Assembly: GCF_036321535.1 (NCBI RefSeq)
Contig: NC_087437.1
Location: 20,832,001-20,896,000 of the forward strand
From: Camelus dromedarius
Taxonomy: Eukaryota
DNA: 64,000 bases
Direction: 5' to 3'
A program made the translations under genes and the position numbers. Below, in pieces: positions 13,230 through 24,400 of this stretch. The notes beneath the pieces are model-generated. The model was given only the letters and a program-made list of their open reading frames with translations. It had not been told where the DNA came from and did not search any database. Position 1 is the first letter of the stretch, and every line of letters starts with the position of its first letter.

Positions 13230-15480
13230 AATACATATGGAAAAATTCTCCCCAAATTGATCTGTAGATAGAACACAATCTCCATCGAAATCCCAGCTGG
13301 ATTTTTTTTGCAGAAATTGAGAAGATAATCCTAAAAACTATATGGAAATTCAAGGGATCCAGAATAGCTAAAATAACCTTGAAAAAGAACAAAAGTTGGT
13401 AGACTCATACCTCTAAGTTTCCAAACAGTAATCAAACAGAAGCAACAGTAATCCAAACAGTGTGCTGCTGGCTTAAGAACAGACGTCTAGATCAATGGAC
13501 TAGAATTAAGAATCCAGAAGTAAACTAGTATTTATTAGTTTTTAGGTCAGTTGATTTTTTAAAATTTTTAATTGAAATATAGTCTAAAATTTACAATGTT
13601 GTGTTAGTTTCTGGTGTACAGCAAAGTGATTCAATTTTACATATATATACACGCACATACACACACATATATATTCTTTTTCATGTTCTTTTCCATTATG
13701 GTTTATGATAGGATATTGAATATAGGTCCCTGTGCTATACAGTAGGACTTTATTTATCTATTTTATATTTAGTAGTTTGTATCTGCTAATCTCAAACTCC
13801 TACTTCCACTTCCACTTTAGTAACTGTAAGTTTGCTTTCTACATCTGTGAGTCTGTTTCTGTTTTGTAAATAAGTTCATGTGTATCAGATCTTAGATTCC
13901 ATATACAAGGGATATCATATGGTATTTGGCTTTCTCTTTTGGACTTACTTCACTTAGNNNNNNNNNNNNNNNNNNNNNNNNNNNNNNNNNNNNNNNNNNN
14001 NNNNNNNNNNNNNNNNNNNNNNNNNNNNNNNNNNNNNNNNNNNNNNNNNNNNNNNNNNNNNNNNNNNNNNNNNNNNNNNNNNNNNNNATAAAGGGAAAGG
14101 ACAGATTATTTTTTAAATAACCTTCTAATTTTAGATTAGTTTTAGATATACAGAATTCTTGTGAGAATAGTCTTTTCAACAAATGGTTCTGGGACAACTG
14201 GCTACCTACATGAAAAGAATGAATTTAGATCCCTATCTTACGTAAAAATTAACTTAGTGTGGATCATAGACCTAAATGTAAGAACTAAAACTATAAAACT
14301 CTTAGAAAACTCAGGTGTAAACTTTATGACCTGGGTTTCACAATGGTTTCTCAGACATGACACCAAAAGCACAAATGATAAAAGAGAAGATCGATAAGTT
14401 AGACTTCATCAAAATTAAAATTTTTTCTCCTTTAAGAACATGAAATGGCAGCTACAGACAGGGAGATGTATTTGTATCCAGAATATATATAAAGACCCTC
14501 TACAACTCAGAAATAAAAAGACAATTTAATTTAAAANNNNNNNNNNNNNNNNNNNNNNNNNNNNNNNNNNNNNNNNNNNNNNNNNNNNNNNNNNNNNNNN
14601 NNNNNNNNNNNNNNNNNNNNNNNNNNNNNNNNNNNNNNNNNNNNNNNNNNNNNNNNNNNNNNNNNNNATCCACTAGGATGGCTAGGCTCCGAAAGATGGA
14701 CAGTAAGATTGTTGGTGAGGCTGTGGAGAAATCAGAACTCTCACACATCACTNNNNNNNNNNNNNNNNNNNNNNNNNNNNNNNNNNNNNNNNNNNNNNNN
14801 NNNNNNNNNNNNNNNNNNNNNNNNNNNNNNNNNNNNNNNNNNNNNNNNNNNNNNNNNNNNNNNNNNNNNNNNNNNNNNNNNNNNNNNNNNNNNNNNNNNN
14901 NNNNNNNNNNNNNNNNNNNNNNNNNNNNNNNAACAATTCAAATGTGTATCAGCTGATGTANNNNNNNNNNNNNNNNNNNNNNNNNNNNNNNNNNNNNNNN
15001 NNNNNNNNNNNNNNNNNNNNNNNNNNNNNNNNNNNNNNNNNNNNNNNNNNNNNNNNNNNNNNNNNNNNNNNNNNNNNNNNNNNNNNNNNNNNNNNNNNNN
15101 NNNNNNGTGACTCCATTTATACAGAATGTCCAGAAGAGGCAAATCTACAGAGACAGAGAGATTAATGTTTGCCTAGGACTGGCGGGGAGGGAGCAAGTGA
15201 ACTTAAAACATTTTCCTCAGCCCAAGGTCAGGCTCTGTGTGGACGCTGACAGGGACCCTCGTCAGCTGTTGCTGCTCCCTTGATCAAAAACATGTGGCTT
15301 TCTCTGCCAGTGGGCACAAGGTTTCTTTGGGGGGTGATAAAAGTGTTCTAAATTTAGGTTATGGATCACATAATTCTGCAAGTATACTAAAATCCACTGA
15401 ATTGTATACTGTAAGTGGGTTAACTTTATGGGGTATAAATTATACCATAATAATAAATTGTTTTTTTTTTTAAGTGATGG
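13230..15480 (+). mobile_element. old L1M (ORF2 end plus 3' UTR) with nested antisense L1 3' ends
   Basis: L1 ORF2-end motifs (aatagctaaaataaccttgaaaaagaac; agtcttttcaacaaatgg; ccactaggatggct; gactccatttatacagaatgtccagaagaggcaaatctacagagacag). Interrupted at about 13555 and about 14108 by reverse-oriented L1 tails. Contains four N blocks. Confidence 0.9.
15201..15305 (+). repeat. 105-bp duplicate of 15951-16056 inserted into L1
   Basis: Manual alignment to 15951-16056 gives 11 substitutions and 1 indel in about 106 bp. Confidence 0.9.
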
Positions 15481-15950
15481 AGATGAGAGAAAGTGGAAGC
15501 AGAAAGTATAGACAGGTTTTCCAAGTCTTTGTTTTTGTTTTTTAATTTCCAGTATATAACTGCATCTGTTGTACCAAAGAGGAGTGTTCTCCAGATGACG
15601 CAGAAGTTAGGGTGTCACCGTACTTACATCTCTGTGCCCCCAGATGTTTTGCCCAATTCTCTGATTTTATCCTCCCTGTTAGAATCAACCCCAGAGCATT
15701 CAATGAAGGAGCTGTGTGTCACTTAAGCTTACTCATTTCTCCTTCTTTACTTTTCTTTTCACATTATCTTGGTCCCACAAGGTAGACTGAAAAACAATCA
15801 CCTCTGTTCATCTTATTAAAGACATAAATACCTGTGTCTGTGAAGCAAGCAAGTCCTCAGAGCCTTTGGGGAAACAGCAGGGAGGTGCCTAGAGGCATTT
15901 TCTGCAGAGAGAAGAAAAGAATCAACAAGCTGTTGCCAAAAAAGCCTGGA

Positions 15951-16056
15951 ACTTAAAGCATGTCCCTCAGGCCCAAGGTCAGGCTCTGTATGGATGTTGA
16001 CAGGGACCCTGGTCCGTTGTTGCTGCTCCCTTGATTAAAAGCATGTGGCTTTCTCT
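15951..16056 (+). repeat. probable donor copy of the 105-bp local duplication
   Basis: About 89% identical to 15201-15305, and lies in apparently unique sequence. Confidence 0.9.
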
Positions 16057-17147
16057 CTTCTGAAACTCACCTCTGCTTAACTCCACCTGCCTGGGGAGTC
16101 AGACCGCACAGCACAAGTGTAATTCCTCAGAGTGGCAACTGGCAGAGGTCCCAGGAACAAGGTAATGACACAAGGTCCCCAACGATCAGAGGCATTGACT
16201 TTCTGAGCCCAGGAGAGGGATCCCGTGACCGACACCCCGCCCCACAGTGGGAAGGAGAGCGGTGGAGTGGCATTATTGAGGAGGCCACCAACACCTCCTG
16301 GCCACTGCCACCAGGGACTGGAAATTCCTGGCTTTTGTCTTCCTCTTGGAATCAGACATTTACCCTGGGAGACCATGGAAAAGTACAAACCACAGAATCA
16401 TAAACCATAGAGGGAAGAAGGTAACTCCAAGGCCGTTCTTAGCCGGGGCCCGGACACCCCCGTAAACAGGTGTTCTTCTTGTGCCAACCCTCCTCACTTT
16501 GGTGTGAACACAGCCACTGGTGGGACTCTCGCTCCGTCCCAGAAAAGCAGCTGATTCCTGGTACGGTGGTGCTCAGGGCAGTGACTGCCATTGTCAGGTC
16601 CAGCTCTGTCTCCTGTCACCTCCAGCCCCTCCTGGGGCTTTGAAACCACATGGTAGTTCCAGCTCCTTCTCCAGGGCTCAGAGTCTTGGAGAATGCCCTC
16701 TTTCTTCCTTGCCTGTGGTCTTCTTGTCTGCCTCAGACTCGTGCCTTCAGTTACACTGACCCTCCCACCTACACCCACGGGGCCAGGGGGCAATAAAGAC
16801 AAGTCTGGCCTCGGCTCCTCTGAGCTGCTCTGTCCACTGTGCTCTCAGCCCCTGCATCCACCACACGCCGCCAGACCTCCCTAGCATTGTCTTCAGGGTC
16901 CAGCTCCTCGCCTCCACTTGGACATGATCAGACTTACCCTCCTGGCCCCTCTGGGCATCCCAGCAAGCCTCAGACGTGGTACTGACCCATCAGGAAAGCA
17001 TGAGGCCTACTCCTCTACACAGATCATCCCTAATTGCTCCACGATTTCCTTATAGGATTTGGTTTCAAGCCCCATCATTGCCATCATTTCCCTTCACCTG
17101 GACAAGCTGCTCTTGGTCAGTATTCATTCATTTGCTCAGCCACTCAG

Positions 17148-17388
17148 CGTCATAGTTGAGAACACAAGATTTGAGATCAGACGATCCAGACTCTGCCACT
17201 AGCTAGCTGTGAGACTTCCGAAAAATGTCTTAATCTCTCTGAGCACCTCATCTATAGAACTGGGAATAATAATCATACCTACCTCACAGCTTTCTTATGA
17301 TAACAATAAATGAAATCATCTTTGTAAAACCCTTAGCACTGAGGCTCCGACATTCACCATAAGCATTTAATACATGTTCTCTACTATT
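17148..17388 (+). mobile_element. MIR SINE
   Basis: MIR core and tail: gactctgccactagctagctgtgagact...ctcatctatagaactgggaataataatcatacctacctcacag...cccttagcac. Confidence 0.85.
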
Positions 17389-17959
17389 TTATTTTAAAAT
17401 TACCTTTCATTTATTCACCGTGCATTTACCGAGCCCCTTGGCAGGCATTGGGATATAAATACCCCTCGTAAAGAGAGGGGTTCTCGTCAATCTAGGGAGC
17501 ACAAGTTTGCTGTGGCACCCGGAGAGCTGGGAGCTGAGGCCCAGGGTCATGGCACAAAGTCAGAGAATAGACACTGAGTGCTGGGTGCTGCCCAGAGAGG
17601 GTGACAAGAGCACCTGCCACCTTTCCAGATCTTTTTTAGGACCCCTGTGACTGCCTGCGTAAGGTGGCACCTCAGGGAAGAAGGGGGTTGCCAAAGGGCA
17701 AGGTGAGAGTTCTGCAGAGAAACACCCTCCCCTGCTTCTCTCTTTGGCAGAAGCGACACTGCCTCTGCCATGCAGGAGGGTGATGTCCCCTGGGGAGGCC
17801 TTGCTGAATATGCCTGGGATGGTTCCGGAAGTAGGAAGGGCTGCCGGGGGTGGGGAGGCGGCAGGAATGTTCTGGCCTGCTGCTCATACAGGCGAGTGTC
17901 CCGAGAGGAGGGCCCCTGGACATCAAAGGTTCCTTTTGTCCCCTTCCGAGTGGCAGGGC

Positions 17960-18430
17960 AGACCGGCCGCTGGCGATGACTCAGGCCCGGCCCTGACGTC
18001 ACCCACGCCCTGCCACTGGCCTCCCTCTGCAGCCAGGAAACTGGGGAGTGGCACTCGCAGGCTGCAGCAAATCTCAAAATAGGGAGGCAACTGCCTCTCT
18101 CCTCCTCCTCTCCATCGCCCCTCAGCACACCTTTCTTTCCTTTTCTGCTGCCTTTTGTTTTTTTGAAGCCTCACAGAAGGTTTTACTTATAGATCAACTT
18201 TCAAAATTGTAGGAAGTCAGAATGGGTGACATCATCAGAAAAATATGTGGAGCTGATCTCGACAAGGAGTGAAGAACCCAGAGCAAGAAAGCGGTTGTAA
18301 CTCCTGAGCCCAGGGAGTTGGCAGCGTCTGGGTTTCAGAGGAGCCAGCGCCTCCGAGTAAGTGAAGGCCCACCCCTGGGCCCCCTCACTCAGCGCCCTTC
18401 GCCGTGGGGCGCCATCTTGTTCCCTGACAC
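17960..18430 (+). promoter_or_regulatory. inducible promoter/enhancer: AP-1, CRE, KLF and YY1 motifs
   Basis: TGACTCA at 17977-17983, palindromic TGACGTCA at 17994-18001, CCACGCCC at 18003-18010 and CGCCATCTT at 18410-18418. CpGs are locally retained and there is a GA|GTAAGT donor at 18357. Confidence 0.65.
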
Positions 18431-18619
18431 CTGCGCTTGGCAGGCCCCAGCCCAGAGGGAGGGAGTGGGGGCTGGGGAACCGTCCAAATACGGCACCAAA
18501 GGAATCTATCTGATCTTTCTCTTCTCCGCAGGACCAGACAAAAATGCATTTCCTCTCCAAAAAAAAAAAAATATAGAGATAGGTAGATAGATAGGTAGAT
18601 GTATATGTGTGTGTATGTG

Positions 18620-18622
<3 letters not shown>

Positions 18623-18657
<35 letters not shown>
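18623..18657. repeat. (AC)17 microsatellite preceded by an AGAT/AGGT tetramer run
   Basis: Direct reading. Confidence 0.95.
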
Positions 18658-18658
<1 letters not shown>

Positions 18659-19529
18659 TAAGGCTGAAATCCTGGGGAAAATGGCCCACCTCGTGCCTTC
18701 CCCCGTCAGCCCTCTTGTTTTGTTTCCTCTTCCTCCTTCCGCCCCAGTGCTCTGTTTTGGGCTGCCAGAATGTTTGTTCAGAGTTCTGAACGCTTTGCTT
18801 CCTGGATCTTACACCAAGTAATCAGACACAAAAACAAACCCTGTTCTAGGAAACTATGTGCCCTGTGCTGTCAAATGGTACTTTCGCACCTAACCTTTTA
18901 AAAGATGGCAGCTCTGGTAAGAAAATGACCGCAACCTGCCGCCTATACTGAGTGTGTTTCTGGTTGTCTCTGGCTGTTCTGGTGCGTGCACCTCCATTGT
19001 CTGATGGCCCTGTTTACAGAGATCTTATTTTCATTCCCACTGTGCCATCGCATCTGGGATAGTATTAAACACAAAGACAGATTATAATGTATTTTGGTGT
19101 CTGTTTTAACTTCACCTAAAAAATCTTAAGTCTTTGCGTAGGCTATAATTTTACAAGCTCTGGAAGTTTCTACCTAAGAAAGTTAAGTTCCCAGGAGAAA
19201 AGTTTTAACATGTACAGAACTGCAGAGCACACAGGCATAGAAATCAAACCCAGTTTTCCTGGCTTCCAAAGTCATCTCCTGAGTCAGCATCTAGTCTTTG
19301 TATAGCTTACTTAGCAGAGTAGAATTGTTCTTTATAAATTCTGTTTTGAAATGATGGAGGGGATGGTATTTAAAAATGAATTTTATTTTATAAACGCAAT
19401 AGGGAAGCTTGTTTACTGAAAAGAGTGGCAAATTCCTTTGTAAACTGACAACACCCTTTGGAAATTAACCATCACACTCTAATATCTCCTTTTTGTAGAT
19501 CTCACATTTTACTTTTTGTTTTATTTTAG

Positions 19530-19613
19530 TATATCAGGTTGCCTTGGAAGTGAGTCTCTGCTAAACTACTCTTCTTCGGGCTGAAAGATCTGAATGCTGT
19601 GACCATTAATTTG
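19530..19613 (+). ncRNA. candidate internal non-coding exon (84 nt)
   Basis: Acceptor tttacttttgttttattttag| and donor TTG|GTGAGT at 19614. An alternative donor, GAA|GTGAGT, lies at 19550. No transcript evidence. Confidence 0.4.
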
Positions 19614-19720
19614 GTGAGTGTCATTTGTCCCTACTGGCTGCTTAAATTTAGGTTACTAAATCTGTTCTTTTAAGGAAAGGGGAGCAGGCACAGGGATGTC
19701 TGCATAAAATGATAACAGCT

Positions 19721-20140
19721 GTATCAAAGAGGATAATAGTAATAGGATAGGCTGATTGCTGTAACAAACTGAAAAATGGATAATGGCTCAGACACAATAG
19801 AAGTTTATTTCTTGCTCGTGTAACAGCACAGGTTAGTGGGGCAACTCTCTTTCATGCATTCCTTCAGAGACACAGGTTGAGAGAGGCTCCACCTTCCACG
19901 GTATGTGGTTTTCAAGGTCATCTGGGATTGTTTCCACTTCCCAGTGGAGGAAGAATAAAGAATGTGAGCAAGGGCACGTAGGAGGTTTTCATGGCCCCTG
20001 CCTAGAAGTGGCACACAACACTTCTGCTCACACTCTGTTGACTAAAACCCAGTCACATGACCACATCTGACTGCAAAGGGATCTGGGAAATGTAGTCCCA
20101 GGTGGGCAGTGGGCAGCTACTTCCCAGTGACATCTCTGGA
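19721..20140 (-). mobile_element. ERVL-MaLR LTR (MLT1J/K-like)
   Basis: taggataggctgattgctgtaacaaac...agaagtttatttcttgctc...cagtcacatgaccacatctgactgcaaagggatctgggaaatgtagtc, typical of old MLT1 elements. Confidence 0.8.
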
Positions 20141-20991
20141 GGGTTTCTGGAGAAGAGGTAGTCCTCCCTGGCACAGCATAATCAGAAACTTAGAGATGCT
20201 CAAGGACAGGATAGCAGAATGAAGCAGTGGGAGAAGTAAAAAAGATCATATATTTAGAATTCTCTTTCTGACACGCTTAGGTAAAGAGTGGGCAAAGAGC
20301 CATGGGTGAGATTTTTCAAGACGGCTATGTCGCTTCTGATCCTGAGCCTTTATATGAGCACCAGCATGGCACCAATAGCCAGTGAACCATGAAGGACATT
20401 CCTCCCCTCTTTTTTTCCCTCCAAGGTCCTCTTGGTCTTGGACCATTCTGGCTCTGTCTCCTGGTCCTGGGTCTAGTCATGTTAGTTGGAATTCTCCAAG
20501 AGAATTCTGTTCCCCCAACATTAAGCCCCAGTGTTCTCTAGGAAAGCTCATGGTTTCTTTGACTCCTGGTTCTGTCTGCTCCTGGGGGATTTGGGATCTA
20601 TTCTAGATCTTGGCATACATTTTAATCTTGGGAGGTAGAGGAGGAAATCCCTGACAAGATGGACTCTTCAAACCAAGTTATTAGAGAAACAATTAAAACT
20701 AGACTAAAAAGGCTCAGGCTGGGGAGATTAACGCTCCCCAAAGGATTTGATATATAATTCTAGCTTTTACTTTTCAGGAAAATTTCAAAGCATTTAGTGA
20801 AATAATGAGTGGTAAGGTTATAAGCCCTGTTTGGAGAATTCTGAACTGATTTTATATTTTATTCAGCCTTTTCACCATTGTTGGTCTTAGTGCAGTATCC
20901 CCCTCACTGGTAAATATCAGAAAACATATGGTGGTGCCCTTATGATACCCCCAAGGCATCATAAAGAACTTCAATAAAAAATGGACTATAT

Positions 20992-21018
20992 GTGCTCATT
21001 TCAGCAGCATATATACTA
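20992..21018 (+). pseudogene. 3'-truncated U6 snRNA retropseudogene with 12-bp TSD
   Basis: gtgctcatttcagcagcatatatacta against the U6 5' end GTGCTCGCTTCGGCAGCACATATACTA (4 differences, mostly CpG transitions). Exact direct repeats aaaaatggacta at 20977-20988 and 21020-21031. Confidence 0.85.
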
Positions 21019-21736
21019 TAAAAATGGACTACCATCCTTGCCTGAGCAGCCTGGTACCTAGTTCTCTAGTTTTGTTGTCAATATTTGGCTAGATATTTGC
21101 TAGATACCCTGGTTTCTTATTATATTTTGCCCCTGGACTTGACATTTCTGGCACCCACACCCTGAAGAATACACATTGTCCATTGTGTGGGAAGGCCAGC
21201 TACTGGCTGATTTAACACAGCTCTCAGGCTCTCACAGAGCCCAAAGCCTGGTCTCATCTCCTATTACTGCTCCCTGGTCTCTGCTCTGTTCCCTCACACC
21301 AGGGGTGGGCTAAGGAGGAGGGGAATAGAATAACAGGTTGATTTGTTGCAAAAATGCTTCAACCTTTGAAAGTCCATTTTCTTGGGTCTTGCGAGAGCTA
21401 GCTGAGCTGGCAGAGTAAGCTAAAGATAAGACCAGGTTGAATAGGAGGGTACAGTGCCTGCTACAAGCAGCAAAAAGGGAGCAACCAAAAGAAGTTAGTT
21501 GAGAACAAGTACCATGTTTCAAAAACTGGAGCCAGGTGGGGATGATCTGTTGCTGGATGTTCAAGCCTAAAGGAATCTGCCAGGAAAGACAGGGCCAAAG
21601 GCCATGGTCAAGGAGGAAAAGTGTCAGGGTCCATTCACTGGGGAGACTCAGTATTCACAGCTTGTTAATTTCAACAGCCACATGATAATGACTCCTCAAA
21701 TTACTGAGTATGCAGGAATTGACATACATGTAGAGG

Positions 21737-22220
21737 TGTTACCAAGTCCAAACTCGCTGCACAACAGGCCAATAAATGGAGAGATGAGTTTTGAGGGTAA
21801 GGAATAGCAACTTTATTCAGAAAGCCAACAGACCAAGAGGATGGTGGATCACTGTCCCGAAGAACCATCTTACCCAAGTTAGAACTCAGGCTTCTTTTAT
21901 ACTAAAAGAGGAGGAGGTTGGTTACTGCAAACTTCTTGGTGTCAGAATCCTTTGCTCTTGCAGCTGTCCATGTAGTTCAGGTCATGATGTTACTGTAAAC
22001 CTTCAAGGAGACAAATACCACTATTTGTTCTGTAACTTTTAATTTCTATATGAATGAAGAAGTATTATACCTTTAAAGTTCAGAGTCTTGACAGTGAGCT
22101 ATCTTGTATATTTCAGGCTATGGGCAGCATTCTTAACTTGTAGTAAAAGCAATAGACTACAAAGGTTAAAGTAAAAAAAGCAGATCCAATATGGAGTCAG
22201 ATTTGTTCTTCCCTGTTACA
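21737..22220 (-). mobile_element. ERV1-class solo LTR
   Basis: TG...CA termini (tgttacc...tgttaca), an antisense AATAAA (ctttattc) and TATA-like cttttatac. Flanks tagagg/gagagg resemble a degenerate TSD. Family not assigned. Confidence 0.65.
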
Positions 22221-23869
22221 GAGAGGTGAGGTGGCGTCAACCTCCTCATTTCTAATGTCTAGCTGCCTAGCATGGCAGAGAGAGGTGTGTGGCCACCAAA
22301 TCAGAATTTCACCACTGTTAATGCAACCTGTCTACAGTGTTGGTACAGCATCCTGGGTCATATCACAGACACACCAGCAAGGCATAGGTAACAAATACCT
22401 GCTTTGTAAATATTTTGATCTTTGACATTTTCAAAACAGCATCCAAGTAGACATCATGGGGAAAGTTAGACTTTCTTGAGCTCCCTTAACTTACAGTTTT
22501 GTATTTTGTTATTTTGAAAAATCTTAATTCCACAGGAGGGGTAGAATTCAAATGTGGGGCCCCATAGTCTTTTCAGGGCTCAGATCACCCCTGTGATGTC
22601 TGATGCACAGATGTGGTCTGGGCACAGCTGGCTGATGTAAGCAGTGCCTGGACCAGTTGGTTTTGTGCTTTTCATGGCACAGAAGGACAAGGCCCCTTCT
22701 TGCCCTGGGTCAGCTTTATGAATGTTCGGTTACTCCCTTTTGAGGATTTTACAATCAGGCCACGTCACAGTCACCAAAGCTAAGAATTCATGGTAATGGG
22801 GCTTCGTAATTTCTCATGCTGAAATCCCCTGACTTCTTGTCAAGAACGCAGTTGGAAAACACCACACTGAAGACTTCAAGGTTTTGTTTTTAACTCAAGC
22901 TCTGGTTTTCATCAGAACTTTATAGCTTCCTCCCGCCTCTAAAATAGTATTTTTAAAAAATGTAAAACTGAGATTCTGTTAGAATAAGTAAGGTAATATA
23001 TGTGGACTGGCTTGGGCGACTTAGAAAAATGTATGGCAGGTCAGGGTGCTGATGAAAGTAACTACCATAGTTATGGTCAGTGTTTTGGATATTGCTGTTA
23101 CTATTGTAAGTATCATTATTACTTTTTTTTTTTTTTGTCTTTCTAAATGGACTTTCATCTGAGATCCTTAGCACCACTTCCTAACTAGCTAAAGCTGTGG
23201 TACAAAAATTTCAAGGATATTTGGAAAGGTCTGACTCTAGGCCAGGAGCCTAACTGTGAGGCTTCTCACTGAGCTCTGTGAGGGAAGGTCGATTTGAGCC
23301 ATCTCTCTGCCAAGAAAAGATGCTTCCTGGCATTTGATGGGGCTCCCAGCGTGCTGGCCAAAGGAGGTTTTGAAATCACTCTGCGGAAGCGCTGACCCTG
23401 GGTGGTGTCTCCCAAGCCGGAGTGGAGTCTGTCGTCTGTCCAAAAGCCCCCACTCAGAGTGCAGTGTGTCTGCTTGGTACTGTGGGGTGGGGCCAGGGTG
23501 TGTGGGGGGTCATACACAGAGGTGACAAGCATGAGCTCAACCCAAGAGCGGTAGAGATGCTGTTGAAACTGTGGACTCCCATCCATGTCCCAGATCCTGC
23601 CGTCTGTTATCTTCGAATGTAGCAAGAAAGTAGTACCTAGTGAAAAGGACTTTCTCATTGACCCAAATTCCTTGGCATCAGCTATACTAAGGTACTTTGC
23701 AAAAGAGAGCGTAGCTTAAAATTCACGCCAAGCACTGGACCCAGTCTGTCCGCCTCTAAGTCCTGCTGCAGCAGCCAGGCCATGGCTGGGCTGGACTCCT
23801 AAGGGACTTCTCTTCCCTCTGTGTTTACTCCACATGAGGGAAATTCCTTTTCTTTACTTTAAAAAAAAA

Positions 23870-24400
23870 TGAGCACTGTTTTTCAAATAGAAAGAGCCAG
23901 AACTGGTTACTATACAAAATCTAGAAAATACAGAAAAATATCAAGAAGAAAACAACCATCTCCAGTAATCCAACAATTACGCAACAATTCAACATTAACA
24001 TGTTGATGTATTTATTTCCAATTTTTCACATGTTCTTTTCTCCTTTTAAACATTATTGAAATGGTATTTTTATATGCTTTTTCTCACCCCACTTAACATT
24101 GTGTTGTAAACATTTTTCCAAGTCACTGAATGCTCTTTGGAAATTTGAGTTTTAATGATTGTGTTTCCATTGCACTAATATGTCTTAATTTATCCATTCT
24201 TTTTTTTTTTTTTTGATGGGCATTTTTATTGCCTCTACTGTTCTGCTGTTATAAACACGAAAACATTCTTGTAGATAAATCTTGGTGGACGTCTTAGGGA
24301 AAATTCCTAGAATTGAATCAGTAGGTCAAATGACCTATTTTTAAAGTTCCGAACGCATGTTGATAAATTAGCCTCTAAAAAGTTACCAATGTCTGTTTCA
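23870..24400 (-). mobile_element. old L1ME-like 3' fragment
   Basis: AT-rich sequence with L1ME-type motifs (acattcttgtagataaatctt...gataaattcctaga...tcagtaggtcaaa). Boundaries approximate. Confidence 0.55.

Noticed and set aside
17547-18821. ORFs of 110-193 aa around the 18-kb promoter, including CVCVCV/THTHTH peptides
   Set aside because: Products of local GC richness and the (AC)n microsatellite.
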